Assembly: GCA_037431425.1 (NCBI GenBank)
Contig: GCA_037431425.1_4129.2
Length of the DNA: 64,000 nt
Direction: 5' to 3' (one strand)
Source: a phage
Position 1 is the first letter of the stretch; every line of letters starts with the position of its first letter. Positions 18,898 through 30,200 of this stretch are shown here, piece after piece. Under the pieces are notes generated by a model, which had not been told where the DNA came from, made no database searches, and saw only the letters and a program-made list of their open reading frames with translations. The position numbers and the translations under genes are program-made.

Positions 18898-21186
18898 ATG
18901 AATCTTACTCAATTGTTCAAAAAAAGCGACGAACTAGCAACATCCCTAGGTCATACTTTCTTGACTATTGACCATGTGAGTGCTACAGTACTGACTATTG
19001 ATAGTATCAAGGGCGTGTTCGAAGAAATGAACATCGATGCTGACAAGTTGCATAGTCGCCTGATGAACTATCTTAAAAATACAACGGTTCCAAGTGCACC
19101 AAAAAGCACACTCGATGAAGATGCCAACCGCACTTCACTTCTGGTGAACCGTGTTGTACATGAGCTTTCGAAAAAATCAGTCATTGAACAACTAAAAAGT
19201 GATGATTTTTCGATTGATGCATATTTTGTTCTATTTGAATGTTTATCATTCCCAAACACTGCACTTGAAGCTGCTTTGAAAGAAGAAGGTGTTAGCTGTA
19301 CCGAAGCTGCTCGTGCACTACAGAAACACGTTGAGGCACTGGAAAAGGGTATCAACCTTCAAAGTATCAATGACGAACCTACTGGAGATAAAAAAGTGGC
19401 TCAACCACAGCAATCATCTAAACAAAAAGGTTTAGCAGACTATACAACAAACCTAACGGCCCTTGCAAAAGAAGGCAAACTAGACCCAATGATTGGTCGC
19501 CAAAAAGAGCTATCTACATTGATTGAGACTCTTGCTCGCAAAACCAAAAAGAATGCCATCCTGACTGGTGAAGCTGGTGTTGGTAAAACACAAATCATCG
19601 ACGGTCTTGCACAAGCAATTGCTGATGGTAATGTACCAGAGCACTTAAAAGATGTTGAAATTCTTTCCCTAAATGTTGGTGCGTTGACTGCTGGGACTAA
19701 GTATCGTGGCGAATTTGAGGAACGTATCGATAATTTACTAAAAGAACTAAAGAAACGTGAAAACACAATTGTTTTCATTGATGAAATCCATATTATGGTC
19801 GGGGCAGGTTCTGCAAGCAACGGTTCAATGGACATGAGCAATATGCTTAAACCAGCACTATCACGTGGTGAGATTCGTGTAATTGGTGCAACAACATACG
19901 AAGAATATCGTAAAAACATCGAGAAAGATAGTGCATTGACTCGTCGTTTTATGAAAATTGATGTTGTTGAACCGTCAATCGATGAAACTCGTGAAATTGT
20001 GAACGGTCTTAAATCAACTTATGAAAAATTCCATAACGTTGAGTTTACAAAAGATGCAATGGATGCAGTAATTTCTCTCAGTGAGAAGTTCTTGAAAAAT
20101 AAACACTTCCCAGATAAAGCAATTGACCTAATGGATGCTGCTGCTGCGAAAGTGCGTTCACGTGATAATAATAGTAAGCTAATTACAGAGAATTTGATTC
20201 AAGAAGTTGTTGCTGGTATTGCTAACTTGGATATCAACGTGGTTGCATGTACAGAAAGTGAACGTATGCGTAATCTACCAGATGCACTACGTTCACGTGT
20301 TTACGGACAAGAAGAAGCGATTCAAAAATTGGTTGATAATGTAATGGTTGCTCGTGCTGGTCTACGTGATAAGTCGAGTGTTCAAGGTGCTTTTATGTTT
20401 GTTGGTCCGTCAGGTACTGGCAAAACAGAAATTACAAAAGCATTAGCTGAAGCAACGGGTTCAGAGCTTGTTCGTTTTGATATGTCTGAGTTTTCGCAAG
20501 AACATACTGTTTCAAAACTAATTGGTTCCCCTCCAGGTTATGTTGGTCACGATTCTGGTAATGGTTTGCTATTGGATAAGATTGAGCAGTTTCCTAATGC
20601 CATTCTACTACTCGATGAAATCGAGAAAGCAGATCGTAAAGTACTACTAACCTTCCTACAGGTTCTGGACGAAGGACGTTTGACTGGATCACAAGGTAAA
20701 ACTGTTTACTTCAATAACGTAACTGTTATTATGACAACCAACCTTGGTGCGGCTGATTCAACAAAGCGTAGTATTGGGATGAGTGGTAGTGAAAGTGCAC
20801 AAGACAAGGCAATTAAAGCATTCTTACCACCAGAATTCATTAACCGTATTGACAGTATTGTTACGTTTAATGAACTAAGTAGTGAAGCTATTGACAGTAT
20901 CATTGATAAATTCATGGGAAGTTTGAATGAACAAGTTAAACATCGCAACGTAAAAGTTTCACTAACGAAAGCTGCACGTGGATGGCTTGCAAAAAATGGT
21001 GTTCAGGTAGGTATGGGTGCACGACCAATGAAACGTACAATTGAACAAAACATTCGCGTACCACTAGCGAAGGAAATGTTGTGTGGTTCACTGGTAAATG
21101 GTGGTAACATTACATTTGATGTTATCAATGACAAACTTGGTATTAAACCAAAACGTACTAAAGCAGTTGAAAAAACACTAGCTTAA
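18898..21186 (+). CDS. clpA: ClpA-type AAA+ ATPase / unfoldase (762 aa)
   Basis: Clp N-domain; D1 GEAGVGKTQI, FIDEIH, ALSRGEIRVIGATT, PDKAIDL; no ClpB middle domain; D2 FMFVGPSGTGKTEITKALAE, LLLDEIEKA, MGARPM; loop KRSIGM aligns with E. coli ClpA ClpP-docking IGL. Confidence 0.85.
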   Translation: MNLTQLFKKSDELATSLGHTFLTIDHVSATVLTIDSIKGVFEEMNIDADKLHSRLMNYLKNTTVPSAPKSTLDEDANRTSLLVNRVVHELSKKSVIEQLKSDDFSIDAYFVLFECLSFPNTALEAALKEEGVSCTEAARALQKHVEALEKGINLQSINDEPTGDKKVAQPQQSSKQKGLADYTTNLTALAKEGKLDPMIGRQKELSTLIETLARKTKKNAILTGEAGVGKTQIIDGLAQAIADGNVPEHLKDVEILSLNVGALTAGTKYRGEFEERIDNLLKELKKRENTIVFIDEIHIMVGAGSASNGSMDMSNMLKPALSRGEIRVIGATTYEEYRKNIEKDSALTRRFMKIDVVEPSIDETREIVNGLKSTYEKFHNVEFTKDAMDAVISLSEKFLKNKHFPDKAIDLMDAAAAKVRSRDNNSKLITENLIQEVVAGIANLDINVVACTESERMRNLPDALRSRVYGQEEAIQKLVDNVMVARAGLRDKSSVQGAFMFVGPSGTGKTEITKALAEATGSELVRFDMSEFSQEHTVSKLIGSPPGYVGHDSGNGLLLDKIEQFPNAILLLDEIEKADRKVLLTFLQVLDEGRLTGSQGKTVYFNNVTVIMTTNLGAADSTKRSIGMSGSESAQDKAIKAFLPPEFINRIDSIVTFNELSSEAIDSIIDKFMGSLNEQVKHRNVKVSLTKAARGWLAKNGVQVGMGARPMKRTIEQNIRVPLAKEMLCGSLVNGGNITFDVINDKLGIKPKRTKAVEKTLA

Positions 21187-21191
21187 AAAAC

Positions 21192-21220
21192 AAAAGGAGA
21201 GCATTTTGCTCTCCTTTTTA
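21192..21220. terminator. Bidirectional intrinsic terminator between clpA-like gene and the giant ORF
   Basis: 9-bp stem AAGGAGAGC (21194-21202) / GCTCTCCTT (21208-21216), loop ATTTT, A-run upstream, T-run downstream. Confidence 0.65.
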
Positions 21221-24200
21221 TTACTTAACTATTAATATTTTTTGAATATCATTACCACGAACTCGTAGACTGTTAGTATACACAGAAAGGTCTATTGTAT
21301 AACTATTTTGAGTATAACGTTTAAACTTATCATAACCGCCCAAATTAATTCCGTTGAAAGAATATGTAGTATCATGTTTGAAATCGTGTTCTGCACTGTA
21401 CATTACTCCACGGAGTAAGTTGTTTGTATTTCTAACTTCAACTTTTTCATATCCAATCGATATAATGTCACTCTTGTTAGCAGCGGAGCCTGATAACACA
21501 TTATTTCTAACATTATAATGGCTTACGGAAAGAGGTTGTGCTACATAAGTTGTGTTTTCTTCACTAATGGTTGTTATGTTAGTGATGGTAGCGTCAGCCA
21601 CATCAATATACATACTATCAACCATTGGATATTCATACACCCACACACCTTCATTATTTTTTGTCGGTTTGATATCTTTCGCATCATATTCAATCACGTT
21701 AATTTCTAAACAATCCGGCATTTTAGTTCTTACTAATTCACTAAGAACACCTTCCCCTGTAATTGGTAGATTATAACCGTTGTCTATAGTAATACCATCA
21801 TCATTAAATATTTCATTTGATACAACCCAAACATCAACATCATCAGGTGTTACTCCGTCATTATACTTACCACCATTTAAAGTAGTATCATAAAAAACGT
21901 CATAATTAATCACATCAATGGTGTAATTTCTGTTTTGCTCATATAATTTAATATCACCCTTGGTAAATTCTGGGTCAGCAAATGTTCTAACACGAACAAT
22001 GTTCAATGCAAGATGTTGTACTGGCTGATTCAGTTGTCCAAGTGTGATGTTATCATATCGAAGAACATTACCAGAACTATCAACCAACTCAATTGTTTCT
22101 TTTCCTGTAGTTCTTACAGTGAATAGAATAGGAGTTGTATTATGTTTGATATTAGACACACGTAATATGGTTTCCCATGTACGATTTTGATATCGAATAA
22201 AATCTTCACCATCCGGCGTGAAAATCATCACCTTATCACCATCAGATAAGTCACTGTCAACGATTTCAGCCTCAGTTAAGCTATTAATAGAACGTACACG
22301 ATAGAAATATTTTTCTTCAAACGGTGATGCCGTTTTATTAATATCATGTTCAATCTTAGCATATGAAGGAATACTAACAATTGCTTCTGTATGTTTATAT
22401 GGGTTGATAATTGCCATACCCTCGGTTTTATATCTGCTATTATTACGCAATTGCACTAGTGATTCAGTATCAAATCCATAACCATCAACAGTGAATCTAA
22501 TATGCCCAACTGCACGACTAGCTGGATTTATTTCAGATATATCGATAATATAAGGATCAACTTCGTCATCTTTAACTTCCCATTTGATAGCTGAAGTTTG
22601 TGATTCTAATGCAAGGTTGTCAAATGCATTCATATCATTGAAGAACTTAGCTTCAGCAATACTATCAATTATATATTGATAATCCGAATACATAGGGTTA
22701 TTTTGATCTTGTGGTAAATCATCTAGATTTATTTCAGCAAGTTTAATCATTTCACCATTAGTAATGAAATAATCTTCCATGAAATCATCAATACTTTTAT
22801 CATCTGGTATACTTTGGTATTCACCATTGATATTTAAGTAGACATGTTTTCTTGGCATCATAGTAATAGCATAGATATCAATAGGTGTTTTTGAAAGAAT
22901 TTCTTCTGCTTTTTCATACATATCAGTAGAGTCTTTATCAAACAACCCTCTCATGGCTGCCAGTACATGGACCGCATCGGAATAGAAACGTGTATCACCA
23001 CCAATTTCATCATAACGATAAACATATACACCGTATTCAACTTCAAGTTTCACTTTAATATCATGTTCAGATGCATCTGGATATTTTTCTGTAATAAAAG
23101 AAATATATTTTTCATATAATTCTTTACTTATTTCAAAATATCCATAGTTATAATCATTACTTGAAGAAAAACCTAATGGTAGTCTAGTACTTGGGTTATC
23201 ATTATAAACCAAACCACTAAATCCACAGCCAACCTCATCATGAATCTTATCATCACTGATATCTTTATAAAGTTTCAAACGGTTTGCTAATGTATTGTAC
23301 TGAACATAGTGTCGAAGGTCAGTAAACATTTCATTATGCGTTGATTCGTTATAAATGCGTTCAAGTGTAGCAGTAAATTCATCAGTTGCTTCTAAATCAT
23401 CAGCATGTTCTTTATACCACTGGTTTACACCATTTGCAGTTCCTAGTGTTACATCTAATTCTGGATAGTACGTTTGTAATAGATACGCATTAACCAAGTC
23501 AAATGATTGTTCATTATACACAGGGTAAGAATATATATAACGTTGTAATTCATAGGTATTAACAGAATCTTTTTCATTTGATTGATACTTATTATTAACA
23601 CTAATCAACTCATTAATGTTTGCCAAATCTTTATTCGGTTTACATTGAATATTATCATAATGCATAATAATATCAATTTCTTGAAATCTTCTATTTGGTG
23701 CAATAAAATCACTAGGCAGAGAACCTACTTTCTCCCATTTTTTAGTGGTTTCATTATATTGAGCGTACTCATAATCCCAAATATCCTTTTCAGTTTTAAC
23801 CCACGAACCATCAACAAAAATATACCCATTAGGATCTAAATCATTACAAAGACCTTTGATTAAGTCATCATCAGACGTTTTTTGTTCTATCTGTGAACGG
23901 ATTTTTGTACGATATGGTTTCACCTCTTCAAAGTACTCAACAATTTGGTTAATCAAATTATCATTTGAATAGTTTTGTACCAAAGATTGTTCCAAACCAA
24001 CAATATAGATATAGGATGTTTTAAATACCCAATCAACAACACCCTGTTCTACGTGTACATATTTGACCATATCAAAAACAATTTCACTTTGGTGTAAATC
24101 GAAAGAATTTTTTAGCAAAGCAAGTGCTTTTCTAATATTAATTTCACGATTACTAAGTGAACCGTCCTCATTATGAACATTATAATCTACATAAAACAAA

Positions 24201-27200
24201 TCGTTAAGCTCAATAGTACTACGTTGTCGCCCAATAGCTTTCCAATAAATTGAATCACGTGATTGAGATTTGATATATAAAGTCCAAATGTTTTCACTAT
24301 CTGTGACTCTAATTATATCACCAACTTGATAGTTTTTAGCATTTGCTTCTTCTAAACTTATCTCTTGGATGTAAGCAGTTTTGCTATCATACCCAACATC
24401 ATACCAATCTGCATAAGACCAGTATTGAGTCATATCTAATGATGTTCCGAGTGATTCAACATAATCCGATTGCTTAATCATTTTATGTTGTCCTTCACCT
24501 TTATTTTCTAAAGTTATAGTAACAACACTACCTGCATTAGCTGGACTATTCATTAACTGAATATATCCGTTTTCATCGAAGTGAATAAAATAAACAGCAC
24601 TAGTTGATAATGGAGTCGGTAGATAACCGCTAGAACTTAAAATAACAGCGTCATTTTCTTTAAATTTATCCTTTTCAACTGCAATTACAAGTTCATTATT
24701 ATAAGTTAATACACGGAACGAAACCTCATTAGGGTTAACTTCTGTAGTTTTAACATTAAACACATCTTCCATAACAACACTATTAGTAGTTATGTTTTGT
24801 GATCTATAATAATTATTTGCACTTTCTACAAAGTTTCTACGTGCCTCTATTATATTCTGGAACCAAGTTTTATTAGAGCCTAAACCAGTGCCAACTTCTG
24901 GATATAATAAATCTACAACCTTACCTGACTTCGTAGTTTCTTGACCAATTAGAGAGTTCCACATAGAGTCCCAAATTAGTGGGTTAAAATTGTAACTTTC
25001 ACCCTCTTTACAAAGTTGATATTGATCATGTTTAACAACTTCTGTATTGTCCATATAGTAAGAAATAGTCAAAACACTAGTATCATCATTAACTTCAAAC
25101 TGCATATTACTAAGAATAAAAGAGTTTTCATTAATTGGTGCGAACCAAGGAATGTTCAACTGTGATGGATCTTTAATAATACGTGCAATGTCAGTACATG
25201 ATTTTGTTCTGGTATGAATAGGTGGTACATAAATTGTATCACGTACCCAGAAATAGTATTTTGTTACATAACTGTCAGTGGAGCTATCATATTCCAAAAA
25301 TGTACTATAATTATCTTCAAGTGCTGTTCCACTTGGAAGATACATATTATTATTTTTGTTTTTCTTAGCAACATCTTTACAGTACTTATCCCAGTTATAT
25401 GGTTCTACTGGTGAACAAACCCATTCCAACACATCAATAGTACTATGTGGCAACAAACGACCCCAGTTGTAACGTTTATATTCATTGGTTGCGTCAATAT
25501 CAACATTTCCATCTGCATCATAAATGGCACGAGTATAATCCAAATAAAAAGCGGTGCTAGTGTTCCACCATACTTGACCAACTTTTTCAGCACCCCACGC
25601 CTGAACCAATTCGCCATTACTATTATATTGAGCAGGGTCGATTGGTGAAGTATATGTTACGTTTTGCATTGCTGCACCAGGAATAACACCATTAATTGGG
25701 TCATAAACATTTAGATATAATGCAGTAATGTTTGTACGTTCATCATATGTAGTTGGACGTTCAAACAAAGTACTTTGTGGTGCTTTAAAACTATATTTTT
25801 TATCAATATATGCTTGACGCTCTTCAGTACTCACAAAACGCGAAACATAACGATACAAACGAGGGCGTGTATCTGGGTCAGTAAATTCGATATTAATTGA
25901 AGTATCAAATGGAACCACCATAACTTTGGAATCATCCCCAGCAGTATAATATTGACTTTCTACTGTTAAAGTATCTGGCATAAAGTTAGTTTCGTCCACA
26001 AAATAATAGTAATCACCATCTTCAAGAGGGATATCATCAGATAGAGTTACTTTACAGAATTTCTCAGCGTAAACATCTGTGGTTTCGATTGGTGTAATAG
26101 AAACCATTTTAACATTAGTGTCAATTAATTCAAAAATGTTCCATAACCCATTTCCATCTTTGAACATCCATACTGATTCAGGATTTTCACCTTTACCATT
26201 GATATACAACATACGGTCATTGAATGCAGTACTGAAATCTTTCGTAGTATAAGATACTTCATCTAATGTAACTGGACCAATATCAGGCAGTTGGATGTGT
26301 TCACTTCTACCACTACGCATTGGGAAAGAGAATTTACCATTTGGACGAGTAATCCATTGTGGGTCTTTTCCTTGTTCACCAAAGAATACAATATTGTTTC
26401 CATTGCCATTTGATGTTGCATTTTCATCAAAAGACATCATTTGTGGCTGCTGCTTAAATTGGTCATTAATCAATTTAAATTGAAGGTTTTTCTTTCCATC
26501 GATGTTACCATATGTACCAACTTTAAACGCCCATTCTTGTAATGCTTTATATTCATCAGTATCATAGGATTTAGAAACACGAAGAACACGTTCTAAAACT
26601 TGGTTTGTACCTTTGTCATGAATAAATCCTTTATAGAAATCAACACGACTTACATCACTACTAATCATACGTTGTAGATAATCACGAGATTGATAACCAA
26701 TCAAATGGCTAGACAATTCTTGTAATTGTACATCGCTAACGGGATGTTCATTGTCATAGTAATGTTGAAAATCTGTTACTAGAGTTTCAAATGATGGTAT
26801 TGTACCAGATTCCAAAATAATAAAACCAGGTGCTTGTAATCTACCAGTCCATGAACCAGTAATGTACCCATACATTTTAATTAGTTCCTGGATAGAACCA
26901 TAAGTTGGTTGATAGATATAATCACCAAAAATAGTCTTATCATCAAATATAACAGCATGTTCATATGAACACAAACTTAAACGGATTAATGCAATACGCT
27001 TATTAGAATCGGTTGTTCTAACAGTGAATATATTACCAATACGTGAAGTTTCGATTTCATATTGACGAATACCTTGGTTATTATCATCAAGCAATGACCA
27101 CACACCACCATTATTTTGTGTAATAGACTGTACTGAACCAAAATCCGAACCAAACTTAGCATTTGCAGCACTTGGTGTACAAGAGATAAATTCGCCAGTT

Positions 27201-30200
27201 ACCAGAGGACTCTGACTCCATATCACAAAATCTTTAGCAATAGTGTGCCAATCTTGCTGAATACCATCTTGATTAACATCTTCGAAAATCCAGCCATGTT
27301 CTTTAAGATACTCACCATATCCACAAATAAAAGTGTATACTTCTTGATAACTATTGAAAATAGTCCCATATTCAATAGAAGCCTCAGACTTCCATTCATT
27401 ATAATGAACAATATTACGGTTTTCCAATTTAAGAGTTACTTTTCTTCCATTTTTTACTGGAAGTTTATATTTAAATTTCGCACCAACCAAATCATATCCA
27501 TCAATTTGATATGCACTACCATTCCATGTAATTTTGATGGCACTCATCTGTTCATCGCGAATGTTATTCGAACGCACCAGACCAATCGTTTGGTTTTCTT
27601 GTGAAATAAGACCAAATGATTTAGCGTTGAATGTTAATTGATCTGCTTTAGTAAAGCCACCAATTTTATGTCCCACATTTACGTAAGACGAACGTACAAC
27701 ATCTCCATATTTTGTAGTAATATTTTTATTTTGATACATCAAATAATCACTAACAAACATTTGATATCCAATTGTTCTTGTGTTATCTTCACCATGAACA
27801 GTTGTGTTTTTATCAAAATTCACACGATTGCGGGTATCCCCGTACAGAAATTGTTCACCAGTGGTGATAATTTCTTTCAAATTGTCATTACGGGTATCCC
27901 AATAATAGTTGGCAAATTGTGCAGGTTTAGCTTTATACAAAAGTAACATTTGGTCATATGCAAACAATGTGGTGTTCATATACGTAAATTCCATATCACC
28001 CATGTCGCCATACGCCCAAGGTTCTGCTCGGTGAACTAAAGATCCAGACACTAATCCTAAAACTTCAGGAGCAATATACTCAACCACACAAATATCTACA
28101 CCGGATGATGTTTTATTTCCAGTTTTAGTAATTTTAAATGGTTGTACACCAAATCTTTTATATTTGTCATACTGACCACGGCGGTCGCCATATAAAATTG
28201 TCCCAGTACTACTATCGCCGATTGTATCATTTACATCCCAAAGTCCACTAGGAACCAAATCACCTTGTTCATCAGTTACAAGTGCCTCATATACATAAAC
28301 TACATCACCATCACGTTCACCAACTTGGACAGCGGTTGGTTCATACTCTTGGTTCCACCAAGTAGGACGTTGTGTAAACCCAAACATTTCCCATGGATGT
28401 GTAGCAGGGCGATATGTACCATATTGATCAGTATAGATTGCACGCCATGAACCACGAGCAGGAATTTCAGTACTTTTACCATCAACAACATAATAGGTTC
28501 CAGTATAGTTCCATGTTCTCCAGTTATTAGGATCATAATCATGTGTGCTATTACTAATACCATTAGATGCAGTGAAGTTAATATAACCACGTAATAGAAG
28601 TGTTTGTTTTTCTTCTGCACTATATTCAGTTTTTGTAAAATATGGCGTAGGGAAAAGATCATCACTATTCAATACAGGGACATAATCAACATCTTTGAAT
28701 TTATTGTCAATACTATTGAAAATTCTATTTTCAAGTTCATATACAACATCATCCATTTTATCAACACCATTGATAACACGGTATGCTTTAGAAATAATAC
28801 CAGTATGGCTGATATTATAATAGCTAGGTTTACTACCAGCAGTTAGGAATGTTGCTTTCTCAGGAACGTATGCTTGTAGAATACCTAAAAACTGTGGAGT
28901 TGGTGGTATAAATGCACGAATAAGACCAGATGTACTACCCACATTGTCATAATAGAATGGGAATGAACTATCACGACCCATATTAATAGTTGCCAAAATA
29001 GAATCAACGATGTTAGCTGCACTATTTTGTAAAAAGTTAGTTGGGTTTTCATTGTACATTCTAAGCATTTGTGTATTAAATTTATTAATGAATCTGAAAT
29101 ATTCAGATTGCATAAACATAGTTGCTTCAAATAAATCAATATCTTCATTTGCAGTATGAGCCATCAATGGGAGCATAGAAGCTTCATTTTGAATAATTTT
29201 AGTTCCTACTCCATTATTCACTAATCCCTTAGCTAAACGTTCTTCATAATCGTTGAAGTCATCAGCATAACCACTAGTGATATTCTGTTGAATAATATCC
29301 TGAAAATGAAGAGTATAGTCTCCTTGATTAATATATATAATATTGGAGTTATATGGGTTATTTTGTAAGTTAATTGGAACTTCATATGCACCTAATTCTT
29401 TATCAGGTGTTACAGTACTGCTATAAGTTCTAATTTGAATAACAGAATCATCATCCAATTCAACACTGTTATCGATTGTGATACTTTGCACTTGACCTTT
29501 TAATACATTCTTGGTATATTTGGAGATATTAACACCATCAACAACAACTTCAATAATATCAGAGTCATTGTCTAAAACTTTTTGTGCCAATTCAAAAGTA
29601 TGGTCATATTTTAAAACCTGAATACCATCACCACTAATTTGATGCCAGTCCAAATATGTTTCACGTTCAGCTTTATAGTACTGATATGTTTTATCAACTT
29701 CGATGACATATGCATACATACCCTCGACTGGTTCTTTAAACAGTTCCATATCATAAACAGAACTAAAGACTCGATACATATCAGTACGTTTGACTTGAGG
29801 TGTCTGTTTTACAAATTGTTTAGAGAATTCTTTTGAACGCACCCAATCAGTTTGAAGATTCATTTTATTATTTTCATCAATGATGTTATAATAATACAAA
29901 CCACCGATTTCAACTTCAACACCAAGATGGTCATATGTATAACGTTGTGATTGTAAAAAGTTTTCATAAGTGTAATAGTTATAATCACCAAGTTCAATGT
30001 TATACCCATATACACTATCAGCCGCGTAGTTATAGTTTATTTTAAATCCAAATAATGGTGAACCTTTAAATGTACTGGATGGGTACGTGGTGCTGTTATC
30101 TAGTTTGATTCCATTACGATCATAAAGTTGGAATTGAGGAAAGACGTTAACACTTGGCTTCGCCTGTGCACGAACCCATAATGTTCCATTCCAATACATA

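Noticed and set aside
19068-19919. Minus-strand ORFs (95 and 159 aa) inside the clpA-like gene
   Set aside because: Antisense to a gene with strong Walker-motif and family conservation; no start signals.
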